DNA of 63,354 bases. Source: Candidatus Rokuibacteriota bacterium. GTDB taxonomy: Bacteria > Methylomirabilota > Methylomirabilia > Rokubacteriales > CSP1-6. The stretch is from contig JACPCF010000025.1 of assembly GCA_016179965.1 (NCBI GenBank), forward strand, positions 1 through 63,354, in the 5' to 3' direction. Shown piece after piece: positions 20,062 through 34,747 of this stretch. The translations under genes were made by a program, and so were the position numbers. Position 1 is the first letter of the stretch, and each line of letters begins with the position of its first letter. The notes under the pieces were generated by a model that worked only from the letters and a program-made list of their open reading frames with translations, did no database searches and was not told where the DNA came from.

Positions 20062-20325
20062 ATGCTCATGAAGGCACTCGTGATCGCGATCGCCGCGCTG
20101 ATCCTGGTGGCCAGCCCCGCCATGGCCGGCCAGTGCCCGCTGCTGATCAAACAGCTGAACGAGGCCGTGGGGAAGATGAAGGCGGATGATGCGAAGGTGA
20201 AGGCGGCCAAGCCGCTGATCGCCGACGCCCAGAAGCTCCACGACGGCGCCAAGCACGCCGACGCCATCAAGAAGTGCGACGAGGCGGCCAAGGTTCTCGG
20301 AGTCAAGCTGGAGAAGAAGATGTAG
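20062..20325 (+). CDS. Small secreted helical protein, paralog 1
   Basis: Signal peptide PAMA|GQCPLLIKQL...LHDGAKHA...KKCDEAAK; start may be 20068. Confidence 0.8.
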   Translation: MLMKALVIAIAALILVASPAMAGQCPLLIKQLNEAVGKMKADDAKVKAAKPLIADAQKLHDGAKHADAIKKCDEAAKVLGVKLEKKM

Positions 20326-20342
20326 GCCCTAGTGAGTTCAGG

Positions 20343-20603
20343 ATGCGCCGACTGATCATGGCGGTTGCGACGGGAGCCCTCGGGCTGGTTCTGTCCGCGG
20401 GGCCGGTCCTGGCCTTTCAGTGCCCGACACTGATCAAGCAGATCAATGACGCGGCGAGCAACCGCTTCGACGCGGGAGCCGCCAGCGCTAAGGCGATGGC
20501 CGCGGAAGCCGACGCCCTGCACAAAGCGGGCAAGCACGCCGAGGCGGTGGCCAAGGCCGACGAGGCTGCCAAGGCGATGGGTCTCAAGCTCATGAAGAAG
20601 TAG
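20343..20603 (+). CDS. Small secreted helical protein, paralog 2
   Basis: Signal peptide PVLA|FQCPTLIKQI...NRFD...LHKAGKHAEAVAKADEAAK. Confidence 0.8.
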   Translation: MRRLIMAVATGALGLVLSAGPVLAFQCPTLIKQINDAASNRFDAGAASAKAMAAEADALHKAGKHAEAVAKADEAAKAMGLKLMKK

Positions 20604-20616
20604 CCGCGAAGCCGAC

Positions 20617-20706
20617 CCCGGGGGCCCGTCCCGCCACGCACGGCGGCGCGGCCCCCGGGAAGCTTTCTTGCGTCTCCCGCCTAAGTGTGGAAAAATCAGC
20701 ACTAAT
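20617..20706 (+). repeat. Duplicated terminator plus promoter-like module, copy 1
   Basis: CCCGGGGGCC/GGCCCCCGGG stem, CTTTCTTGC, then 28-bp GCCTAAGTGTGGAAAAATCAGCACTAAT (20679-20706) identical to 23061-23088. Confidence 0.9.
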
Positions 20707-20707
20707 C

Positions 20708-21040
20708 ATGATGACATGGCTCCGGGGAGCAGCACTGGCGCTCGCTCCGCTGGGTGCCCTTCTCGTTCACGCTTATGGTACGGCGGCTGACTTCACGATC
20801 ATCCAGAAGAACAGCACCTTTTCCGTCCACCAGATCACGATCAAGGTCGGGGATCGGATTACATTCGTGAACGCGGACAGCGCGAACCACAACGTGTATT
20901 CAGAGACAAAAGGCTCCGAGTTTGACATACTCCAGCGTCCCGGGCGCTCCGATACGGTTCGCTTCTCGCAGCCTGGCAGCGTCGAGGTCCAGTGCGCCAT
21001 CCATCCCGACATGACACTGGAGGTGCAGGTGAGGCCGTAA
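20708..21040 (+). CDS. Secreted cupredoxin (plastocyanin/amicyanin-like, type 1 Cu)
   Basis: Signal-like N-terminus; IKVGDRITFVN...HNV; C-AI-H-PD-M ligand loop. Confidence 0.85.
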   Translation: MMTWLRGAALALAPLGALLVHAYGTAADFTIIQKNSTFSVHQITIKVGDRITFVNADSANHNVYSETKGSEFDILQRPGRSDTVRFSQPGSVEVQCAIHPDMTLEVQVRP

Positions 21041-21051
21041 CGGACGTGGGG

Positions 21052-22605
21052 ATGATGCTCCTCGACCACCTGCAGCGGCGCCTTCGCGTCAAGGTCATCG
21101 CGTTGATCGCCGGGATCCTGATCGTCGGCTTCGGCCTCCTCGTGATCCTGAACATCGGGCGCGAGGCCCAGATACTCGGAAGCATCCAGAGCGGCATGCT
21201 CCAGGCACGGCCGGACGTCATCCGCCGGCTCGTGCAGGACCTCAGGTCGGAGCTCAAGGACGTCCGTCGGCTCGACGTGTATCGGGCGAACGGCGTGGAG
21301 GCGTTCTCCGACCTCGAGACGCTGAATCGGGTGAACCAGCTCGCCAAGCTGGACCCGGAGGTGGTCAAGCGCATCTACCGGATGCACCGCGAGCCGGGAG
21401 AGCGGATCAGCCATCCGCTGTTCACGCGGGCCGTGGAGACCATCACGTCCCAGGAGACCTACGAGTCCCTCGACGGCGGCCGAGTGCTCACCCTCTTCCG
21501 ACCCCTGGAGAACCGCAAGAGGTGCCAGGCGTGCCACGGCGAAGACCACCGGGTCCGCGGCGTGGTCCGGATCACCCTCGGGGTCGAGAAGCTGGATGCG
21601 GAGCTTCGGGCGGCCCGGAACCGGCAGATCGCGATCGCCGCGCTGACGATCCTCGGCGTGACGGCCACTGTGATCGTCTTCCTGGGCCGTGTCGTCCTGG
21701 AGCCGATCGCCCGGGTGGCGGCCGCCGCTCGGCGAATCGGCGCCGGGGACTTCGACGCGCGGGTGGCGGCGGGGAGGCGGGACGAGATCGGTGATCTCGG
21801 ACGGGTGATCAACGACATGGCGAACCGCCTCGACGCCGCGCGCACCGACCTGGAGGCGCGTAATGCCGAGCTCGCGACCACCTTGCAGAGCCTCACGGAG
21901 TCGATGAAGAAGGTCGAGCTGCTCGAGCAGGTCAAGGGCGAGCTGGCCAAGTTCGTGCCCGAGTCCGTGAAGCGGCTGCTCGAGCAGAACCCGGACGCGC
22001 GTGAGCTCGAGAAGCGCGAGGCGGACGTGTCCGTCCTGTTCCTCGACGTGGAAGGCTACACGCGCCTCTCCGAGCAGCTCGCGCCCCAGCAGCTCAACCG
22101 GATGATCCAGGCCTACTTCTCGGGCTTCCTCGAGATCATCCGGGCCCACCACGGCGACGTCAACGAAACGGCGGGCGACGGCCTCATGGTGATCTTCCAG
22201 AGCGAGGGGAGCCGCACACGCCACGCCCAGAACGCTGCGGGCGCGGCCTTCGAGCTCCTCGGCAAGGTCGTCGAGCTCAACCAGGAGTTCGTCGGGGTCT
22301 ACCCGCCCGTGGCAATCCACGTCGGGATCAACAGCGGCCCGGCGCTGGTCGGCGCGACGAAGCTGGATGCCAGCGGCGGCGGCCGCTGGACCTTCACCGC
22401 TTCTGGCCCGACGACAAACCTGGCGGCCCGCACCGCGGGGCTCACGAAGGGGGGCGAGGTCAGGGTGGGCCCCGAGACGGCCGAGCGGATCAAGCACCAC
22501 TACGTGCTCCAGGACACCGGTGAGCATCAACTCAAGAATGTCTCTCAGCCGGTGCGGGTCTACCGGCTGGTTCCCGCGGGGGTCTACCGGACAGTCGACC
22601 CCTGA
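21052..22605 (+). CDS. Membrane class III nucleotidyl cyclase with periplasmic heme-c motif and HAMP domain
   Basis: TM, CQACH, TM, HAMP (EPI...DEIGDL), VLFLDVEGYT, ETAGDG, HVGINSG, NLAAR, LKNV. Confidence 0.9.
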   Translation: MMLLDHLQRRLRVKVIALIAGILIVGFGLLVILNIGREAQILGSIQSGMLQARPDVIRRLVQDLRSELKDVRRLDVYRANGVEAFSDLETLNRVNQLAKLDPEVVKRIYRMHREPGERISHPLFTRAVETITSQETYESLDGGRVLTLFRPLENRKRCQACHGEDHRVRGVVRITLGVEKLDAELRAARNRQIAIAALTILGVTATVIVFLGRVVLEPIARVAAAARRIGAGDFDARVAAGRRDEIGDLGRVINDMANRLDAARTDLEARNAELATTLQSLTESMKKVELLEQVKGELAKFVPESVKRLLEQNPDARELEKREADVSVLFLDVEGYTRLSEQLAPQQLNRMIQAYFSGFLEIIRAHHGDVNETAGDGLMVIFQSEGSRTRHAQNAAGAAFELLGKVVELNQEFVGVYPPVAIHVGINSGPALVGATKLDASGGGRWTFTASGPTTNLAARTAGLTKGGEVRVGPETAERIKHHYVLQDTGEHQLKNVSQPVRVYRLVPAGVYRTVDP

Positions 22606-22705
22606 CGGAACTTTGAGGAGCTGTTCGTGGTTTTTTAGGGTAGAGTCGCTGAAACGGGCCCTGCCTCCCTGGAAGCGAGCCCCAAAGGAAAGGGGGTGAT
22701 TCAGA

Positions 22706-22987
22706 ATGAACCGCCCGATCATCGGGATTACCACGTTGCTCCTGGCCGTCGGCCTCTCCGTCAGTCCCGCGGTGGCCGGCCAGTGCCCGGCGCTGATCGC
22801 CCAGATCATGGCTGCGGCGGGCAACCGTTTCGACGGGAGCGCCGCCAGCGCGAGGGCGCTGGCCGCTCAGGCAAAGATGCTCCACGACGAAGCCGTTAGC
22901 ATGAAGCAAGCTGCGAAGCATGCCGAGTCCGTGGCGAAGGCCCAAGAGGCCGCCAAAGCGATCGGTCTGACCCTCAAGATGAAGTAG
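22706..22987 (+). CDS. Small secreted helical protein, paralog 3
   Basis: Signal peptide PAVA|GQCPALIAQI...NRFD...LHDE...KHAESVAKAQEAAK; AGGGGGTGA RBS shared with paralog 1. Confidence 0.8.
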   Translation: MNRPIIGITTLLLAVGLSVSPAVAGQCPALIAQIMAAAGNRFDGSAASARALAAQAKMLHDEAVSMKQAAKHAESVAKAQEAAKAIGLTLKMK

Positions 22988-22997
22988 CCCCCAGCCC

Positions 22998-23088
22998 CCC
23001 CGGGGGCCGACCTGCCGTTTGGCGCGGGGCCGGCCCCCGGGGACCTTTCTTGCTTCCTTGGCCTAAGTGTGGAAAAATCAGCACTAAT
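22998..23088 (+). repeat. Duplicated terminator plus promoter-like module, copy 2 (leuS upstream)
   Basis: CCCCGGGGGCCG/CGGCCCCCGGGG stem, CTTTCTTGC, 28-bp identical block directly before the leuS ATG. Confidence 0.9.
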
Positions 23089-25567
<2,479 letters not shown>

Positions 25568-25574
25568 ACTGGCG

Positions 25575-25615
25575 CGGGTGCCCGCAGAGGTGGCTCGCTT
25601 GCGCTCGCGCGTCCG
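25575..25615 (-). repeat. 41-bp dispersed repeat, copy A
   Basis: Reverse complement matches 34681-34721 at 37 of 41 positions. Confidence 0.85.
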
Positions 25616-25631
25616 TGAGGTCTACTTGAGC

Positions 25632-26144
25632 ATGAGCCGGTGCCGTCGAGTCTGGGCCCTCGTCGCCGCGGCCATCGTGCTCCTGGCAGGCTGCGGCTAC
25701 TCCCTCCGCGGGAGCCTGCCGGGGCACATCCGAACCGTGGCCGTCCCGGTGTTCGTCAACAAAACCCAGGAGCCGGCGGTGGAGAACTTCCTGACGCGGG
25801 CCGTCGTGGACGCCTTCGTCACCAGCGGGAGGCTCAAGGTCGTGCGGCTGGAGGAGGCCGACTCCATCCTGGAGGGCGAGATCGTCGGCTACCGGGTGGA
25901 TTCGCTCTCCTTCGATCCCCGGGCCAACGTCCGCGAATACCGCTTGACCGTCACCCTGAACCTCCAATTCCGCGACGTCAGGCAGAACGTCACGCTCTGG
26001 CGCCAGGAGGGCATCCAGGAGAAGGCCGACTTCAGGGTCCCCGGCCAGGTTGCCGCCACGATCACCAGCGAGGAATCCGCCCTGCGGCTGGCGGCCGTGG
26101 ACATCGGGCGCGCCATTGTCAACCTGGCAGTAGACCGGTTCTAG
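25632..26144 (+). CDS. lptE: LPS assembly lipoprotein LptE-like
   Basis: Lipobox LAGC-GY; leuS-lptE-holA synteny. Confidence 0.85.
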   Translation: MSRCRRVWALVAAAIVLLAGCGYSLRGSLPGHIRTVAVPVFVNKTQEPAVENFLTRAVVDAFVTSGRLKVVRLEEADSILEGEIVGYRVDSLSFDPRANVREYRLTVTLNLQFRDVRQNVTLWRQEGIQEKADFRVPGQVAATITSEESALRLAAVDIGRAIVNLAVDRF

Positions 26145-26155
26145 CTCCCCGCCGG

Positions 26156-27148
26156 ATGGACTACGCCGGATTCCTCCGCGACGTGGAGCGTGAACGCGTT
26201 CCACCGATCGTCCTCCTCCACGGCGGCGAACCCCGGCTCCTCGACGAGGCCCTGGCCAAGATCACCGGCGCCCTCTTCTCGGACCCCTCCCTCCTCGCGC
26301 TGAACCGCGAGGTGTTCGATGGCGCGGAGACGGCGGGAGAGGACGTCGTGCGGTCCGCGCTCACGCTGCCGTTACTGGCCGCGGCTCGCCTCGTGGTGGT
26401 GAAGGACGCCCAGGCGCTCCCGGCGAAGACCGGGGACGCGCTGGTCGAATACTGCCGGGATCCCAGCCCCTACGCGCGGCTCGTCTTCCTCGCCAGCGAA
26501 CCGCTGGCGCCCAGCCACTGGCTCCTGAAAGCCCTGCCGCCCGCCTCCGTGGTCGAAGTCCGCGGCCTCGCCGGGCGGGCCCTGGTCTCCTGGCTCCAGG
26601 CCCGCGCCCGGGAGGAGGGGGCCGACCTGACGGAGGGCGCGGCCCAGCTGCTGGTCCGCTGGGCCGGCGAGGATCTGACGACGCTCTCGGGCGAGCTGGA
26701 AAAGGCCCTCCTCTTCGCCGGGGAGCGCTCCATCACGGAGGACCATGTCCGGGGCGTGGTCGGCGAGCATCGACTGCTCAGGACGTTCGAGCTGACCGAC
26801 GCCATCGAGCGTCGCGAGACCGGCCGCGCGCTGACGCTTCTGGAGAGCCTGCTCGCGTCGGGCGAGGAGCCGCTGGCGATCCTGGGCCTGCTCGCGCGAC
26901 AGGTGCGGACGACGTGGCAGGTCGCCGAGTGGCGGAGGCAGGGAACGTCGGCGGAGGAGATCGCTCGTCTCCTTCGCCGCCCTCCCTTCGCCGTCGAGAG
27001 CCTGGCGGCGCGCGCCGCGACCCTCTCCGCGCCGTGGCTCGCCCGCGCCCTCGCCCGCTGCTGGGAGGTCGAGCGGAGCCTGAAGAGCGGCGGGCGCCCG
27101 CGGCCCGAGCTGACCCTCCTCGTCGCCGACCTCTGCCGGGCCGGATGA
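26156..27148 (+). CDS. holA: DNA polymerase III delta subunit
   Basis: LLHGGE, LPLLAAARLVVVK, ELEKALLF, FELTDAI, GEEPLAILGLL, KSG; synteny. Confidence 0.9.
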   Translation: MDYAGFLRDVERERVPPIVLLHGGEPRLLDEALAKITGALFSDPSLLALNREVFDGAETAGEDVVRSALTLPLLAAARLVVVKDAQALPAKTGDALVEYCRDPSPYARLVFLASEPLAPSHWLLKALPPASVVEVRGLAGRALVSWLQARAREEGADLTEGAAQLLVRWAGEDLTTLSGELEKALLFAGERSITEDHVRGVVGEHRLLRTFELTDAIERRETGRALTLLESLLASGEEPLAILGLLARQVRTTWQVAEWRRQGTSAEEIARLLRRPPFAVESLAARAATLSAPWLARALARCWEVERSLKSGGRPRPELTLLVADLCRAG

Positions 27149-28470
27149 GGCGCGCCTTCCTGGTCGCGCTGGCCCTGCTGTCGGCCGTGGGCGGGCCGGC
27201 GGCCGGCGACGCCGGCGCGTCACGCCCCCCGCTGCTGGCGGGAGCGCGCGCGTTGGACGTCACGCCCCCCGTCGGGGTGCCGCTCGCGGGCTACGGGGGG
27301 GCGGGCCGACGACTCCTCATCCCCGACGTCCTGAACCGCTACCCCTCCGCGTTCTGGTTCAAGCCCTCGACGGGCGCTCATGATCCCATCATGGCCCGGG
27401 CCCTCGTCCTCCAGTGGGGTGAGCGGCGGGTGCTGTGGATCGCGGTGGACCTCGTGGGGCCGGACGGGGAGATGGTGCCGGAGCTCAGGGAGCGACTGGC
27501 GGCCCTCGGCCTCCGCTACGACGCCGTCATCCTGTCGGCCTCCCACACCCATTCGGGCCCCGGGGGATTTTCCCGGTCGCGGCTCTTCGCGTTCCTCGCC
27601 CTCGACCGCTTCGTTCCTCGGGTCCGCGAGCACCTCCTCGGCGGCATGGCCCAGGCCGCCGAGGAGGCCGACCGGATCAAAGCCCCCGCGCGCGTCGGCG
27701 TCGGGCGGGGAGAGGTGAAGGACGTGATCCGGAGCCGGGTGGGTCTGCCGCTGGATCCCGAGGTCGGCGTGCTGAAGGTCGTCGCCCTCGATGGGCGGCC
27801 GATCGCGCTCCTCTGGAACTACGCCATCCACGGGACGGTGCTCGGGAAGGAGAACCTGCTGCTCTCGGGCGACGTCATGGGGGCCGCCTCGCTGGAGCTG
27901 GAGCGGGCCCTGGGCGTCCCGGCGCTCTACACGAACGGCGCCGGCGGCGACGTGAGCCCGGCGCTCCGCGGCTGGCCTGGCGTCCGGCAGACCGCCGACA
28001 CGCTCGCGCGGGAGGTCCTCACCACGTGGCGGCGAACTCCCGTGCAGCGCGAATCGGAGCTCCGCGCGGTGTCCGACCGCCTTCGCCTGCCGCCGCCGCG
28101 CCTGTCGCTCAGGAACTGTCTCGGCCGATGGGTGCCGGGCTGGCTGACCGTCGGCGTGGGATGGGGGTTCCCTTCCCAATCCGAGATGGTCGGGGTGGCC
28201 GTGGGCGCCAGCGCGTGGGTGACCGTCCCCGGAGAACTCCAGACCCGCCTCGGCCAGGCGGTGAAGGCCGAGGGGCGGAGGCTCTTCGGCGACGCCTTCG
28301 TCGTGGGAATCGCGAACGACTACGCCGGGTACTTCCTCACGGCCGAGGAGTACGCCCGGCCGAGCTACATCGCGTGCGCGAGCCTTTACGGGGAGGGAGG
28401 CGGACAGATCGTGGCCGCCCGGGCCATGGAAATCTTGGGTAGGCTGCGCCAGCGCGGGGAGGGACGCTAG
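27145..28470 (+). CDS. Secreted neutral/alkaline ceramidase-like protein
   Basis: Signal peptide; [52 protein letters not shown]. Confidence 0.8.
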   Translation: MRRAFLVALALLSAVGGPAAGDAGASRPPLLAGARALDVTPPVGVPLAGYGGAGRRLLIPDVLNRYPSAFWFKPSTGAHDPIMARALVLQWGERRVLWIAVDLVGPDGEMVPELRERLAALGLRYDAVILSASHTHSGPGGFSRSRLFAFLALDRFVPRVREHLLGGMAQAAEEADRIKAPARVGVGRGEVKDVIRSRVGLPLDPEVGVLKVVALDGRPIALLWNYAIHGTVLGKENLLLSGDVMGAASLELERALGVPALYTNGAGGDVSPALRGWPGVRQTADTLAREVLTTWRRTPVQRESELRAVSDRLRLPPPRLSLRNCLGRWVPGWLTVGVGWGFPSQSEMVGVAVGASAWVTVPGELQTRLGQAVKAEGRRLFGDAFVVGIANDYAGYFLTAEEYARPSYIACASLYGEGGGQIVAARAMEILGRLRQRGEGR

Positions 28471-28724
28471 TGGGCGACCAGGTGGCGGGCGAGGGCCGAC
28501 TTCTTGCGGGCGGCGGTGTTCGGATGGATGACGCCCTTCGACACCGCCTTGTCGAGAATGCGGATCGCCTCATGCACCGAGGCGGGAGCCGCCGGCGCCT
28601 TGGCTCCGACGGCCTCGCGGGCTGCCTTGACCGCTGTGCGGATCCGGGTACGGATCGCCCGGTTCCGGAGCCGCCGGCGCTCATTCTGCCTGACCCGCTT
28701 CTTCGCGGACTTGATGTTGGCCAC
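28467..28724 (-). CDS. rpsT: 30S ribosomal protein S20
   Basis: [10 protein letters not shown]...[20 protein letters not shown]. Confidence 0.98.
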   Translation of the reverse strand: MANIKSAKKRVRQNERRRLRNRAIRTRIRTAVKAAREAVGAKAPAAPASVHEAIRILDKAVSKGVIHPNTAARKKSALARHLVAH

Positions 28725-28732
28725 GTCGGAAG

Positions 28733-28761
28733 AAGGTACCCTCGCCCCCGTCGCGTGTCAA
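28733..28761 (-). promoter_or_regulatory. rpsT sigma70-type promoter
   Basis: Minus strand TTGACA-17 nt-TACCTT, ending 8 nt before the GTG. Confidence 0.7.
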
Positions 28762-28774
28762 GGAATTTGTGCCC

Positions 28775-30308
28775 GTGACGCTCCCGGATCCCAACGAGAA
28801 CGGTGGCACGCTCGCGTCGGTGGAGGCCGGGGTCGTCCGGGCGGTGGGGAGCATCGGCCTCGCCACGCTGGCCAGCCGGATCCTGGGGTTCGCCCGCGAC
28901 GTGGTGGTGGCGCGGGCCTTCGGCGCGGCCTTCATCCCGGTGTTCACCGACTACCTGACCACCCGGCCGCGCGTCGAGTTCAACCGCATGGTCCGCGCGG
29001 TCGCCGGCGCGCTCCTGCTGGCGCTGTGCCTCGTCGCCGCCCTCGGCATCCTGCTGGCAGAGCAGATCGTGGGCGTGATGGCCTGGGGCTTCTCCGCCGA
29101 CCAGCTGCGACGGGCCACCACGCTCACTCGCGTGATGTTCCCGTACCTCATCTTCGTGGGACTAGCGGCCCTCGCCATGGGGGTGCTGAACGCCCACCGC
29201 CGATTCTTCACCTCGGCGCTGGGGCCGGCGGTCCTCAACGTCGGAATCATCGCTGCGGTTCTCACGCTGACGCCCCATTTCAAGGTTCCCATCATGGCCC
29301 TCGCCGTCGGCGTTCTCGTCGGGGGGCTCGGGCAGTTCGTCATCCAGCTGCCGGAGATCCGGCGGGCCGGGGTGCCGCTCCGACCGTCCGCCGAACTGTC
29401 CCATCCGGCGCTGGGCCGGATCGCCCAGCTCCTCGGGCCGACGGTGTTCGGCCTGGCCGCCGTTCAGCTCAACGTCTTCGTGAACACGCTACTGGCCTCC
29501 CTCCTTCCGGGGGGGAGCATCTCGTATCTCTACTACGCCGACCGGGTCGTGGAGTTCCCGCTCGGCGTGTTCGGGATCGCCGTGGCCACGGCCGCCCTCC
29601 CGCCGATGGCCGAACAGGCGGCGCGCCGCGATCTGTCCGGTTTCCAGGAAACGATCAATTTCGCGCTCCGGCTCTCGTGCTTCGTGGCGATCCCGGCCTC
29701 GGCGGGACTCTGGCTCCTCCGCGAGCCGATCACGCGCGTGCTCTTCGAGCGTGGGCGCTTCGGCCCCGCGGAGACCCAGGCCACCGCCTGGGCGCTGGGC
29801 TTCTACGCCCTGGGGTTGACCGCGTTCGCCGCGGCGCGCATCGCCGCGCAGGCGTTCTACGCGCTGGGGGACTCCCGCACGCCTGTCAAGGCCGGTATCG
29901 CGGCTGTCGCTCTCAACGTCGTTGTTGCCGTCGCCCTGATGGGGCCGCTCCAGCATGGCGGGCTCGCTCTCGCCGCCTCGGCGTCGGCCACCGCCAATCT
30001 GGCCATCCTCCTCTGGCTGCTCCGATGGCGACTCGGAACCCTGGGCGGGCGGCGCATGGCGAAGAGCCTCTGGCGGGTGGCGGTGGCGACCGCGGTGATG
30101 AGCGCCTGGTGCGGCCTCCTGCGCTGGACCTGGCCCCTGAGCGCCACGGGCGGCGGCGGCGGCGGTGGCGTGGCTCGCGGCCGCGATCGGCGGAGCGGTG
30201 GGAACCTATGCCGCCGCGAGTCTCGCCCTCCGCGGCGAGGAGGGCCCCGCGCTGCTCGCGCTGGGGCGTCGGCGCGGGCGAAAGTTGCCTTCCCCTGGGG
30301 CAGGTTGA
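28775..30308 (+). CDS. murJ: Lipid II flippase MurJ, with an apparent in-frame deletion near 28927 and a frameshift near 30150
   Basis: SRILGFARD, AFIPVF, YADRVVEFPLGVFG, LFERGRF, AFYALGDSRTP; last TM segment (AVAWLAAAIGG...) in a shifted frame ending TGA 30308. Confidence 0.92.
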
Positions 30309-30314
30309 TATACT
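30285..30314 (+). promoter_or_regulatory. Sigma70-type promoter upstream of the xerD leader
   Basis: TTGCCT-18 nt-TATACT with extended -10 TG. Confidence 0.6.
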
Positions 30315-30320
30315 TCCGAC

Positions 30321-30438
30321 CTGAAGGACCTCGGATGCTCCTGTTCCCCCAGCCGGCGAAGGACGCCTCGGCGAGGGCCGGTCATCAGCGACCCGGCCCG
30401 CATGCCCGGGGCGTCGGCGTTTTTCCTCATCGCTGATG
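30321..30438 (+). ncRNA. Candidate structured 5' leader RNA (pseudoknot) of xerD
   Basis: Nested stems GACGCC/GGCGTC and GGGCCGG/CCGGCCC; loop CATCAGCGA complementary to TCGCTGATG at the start codon. Confidence 0.4.
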
Positions 30439-31329
30439 GATTCCGTGACCGAGCACCTCGAAGCCCTCCAGACGGAGCGGGGGGCCTCCCCCAACACTCT
30501 GTCCGCCTACCGTCGCGACCTGTCGGGGTTCACGCGATTTCTCCGCCGCCGTGGCTCGACGATCGAGCGCGCCAGCGCCGATCAGGTGGCGCGCTACCTG
30601 CTGGCTCTCCGCCAGGCGGGACTCGGGCCGCGGAGCGTGGCCCGACACCTGTCGGCCGTGCGCGGGCTCTACCGCTTCCTCGTACGGGAGGGACGCCTGG
30701 GGCGCGACCCCACCGAGCGCCTGGAGGCGCCGCGACCGCCGCGCCGGCTGCCCCGGACCCTGTCGCCCAAAGAAACCGAGCTTCTCGTGGAATCCCCGCC
30801 AACGGACGATCAGATCGGCCTCAGGGATCGAGCCCTTCTGGAACTCCTCTACGCCACCGGCATGCGCGCCTCGGAATGCCTCGCCCTCCGGATCGAGGAC
30901 GTGAACCACGCCGCCGGCTATGTCGTCTGCACGGGGAAGGGGGACCGGCAGCGGCTGGTCCCCGTGGGCGCCCAGGCCCTCCACTGGCTGCGGGTGTACC
31001 TCAAGACCGCGCGGCCCGCGCTCACCCCGCGCGCCGACCCGGGAACCCTCTTCGTCAACCGCGCGGGCCGCAGGCTCTCCCGCCAGGGGCTCTGGGGGAT
31101 CATCAAGAAGGCCGCCCGGCGCGCCGGCGTCCGGGCGGTCGTGTCGCCCCACACGCTCCGCCACTCCTTCGCCAGCCATCTGCTCGAGCGCGGGGCCGAC
31201 CTCCGATCCATTCAGGCCATGCTCGGTCACGCGGACATTTCCACGACGCAGATCTACACCCACCTGCCGTCGGCGGCCGTTCGCGACATGTACCGCCGGT
31301 TCCATCCGAGAGCCCGGGCCAGCGCATGA
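30436..31329 (+). CDS. xerD: Tyrosine recombinase XerD
   Basis: SPNTLSAYRRDL, LYATGMR.SE, GKG..QRLVP, SPHTLRHSFASHLL, LGHADISTTQIYTH. Confidence 0.92.
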   Translation: MDSVTEHLEALQTERGASPNTLSAYRRDLSGFTRFLRRRGSTIERASADQVARYLLALRQAGLGPRSVARHLSAVRGLYRFLVREGRLGRDPTERLEAPRPPRRLPRTLSPKETELLVESPPTDDQIGLRDRALLELLYATGMRASECLALRIEDVNHAAGYVVCTGKGDRQRLVPVGAQALHWLRVYLKTARPALTPRADPGTLFVNRAGRRLSRQGLWGIIKKAARRAGVRAVVSPHTLRHSFASHLLERGADLRSIQAMLGHADISTTQIYTHLPSAAVRDMYRRFHPRARASA

Positions 31330-31387
31330 GGGCCGCCGTGTGGTCACGGACCTCCCCGGGCGCCGTTCGAGCGCCGGCGGTGCCGCG

Positions 31388-34668
<3,281 letters not shown>

Positions 34669-34680
34669 GACCATGCCGGC

Positions 34681-34745
34681 CGGACGCGCGAGCGGAGGCG
34701 AGCCTCCTCAGCGGGCACCCGAGCGGGTCGGCGGAGCCGACCCCC
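34681..34745 (+). repeat. 41-bp dispersed repeat, copy B, plus GGGTCGGC/GCCGACCC hairpin
   Basis: 34681-34721 matches reverse complement of 25575-25615. Confidence 0.85.
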
Positions 34746-34747
34746 CA

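Noticed and set aside
20679-23088. 28-bp direct repeat as a CRISPR repeat
   Set aside because: Only two copies 2.4 kb apart with genes between, and no cas genes
30370-30438. Fluoride riboswitch-like words on the minus strand (GCGATGAGG...GCTGATGAC)
   Set aside because: P1 and pseudoknot complements are missing and no fluoride-related gene follows
30436-31329. Tyrosine recombinase as a phage or island integrase
   Set aside because: XerD-like size and motifs, housekeeping context, no att site or cargo genes
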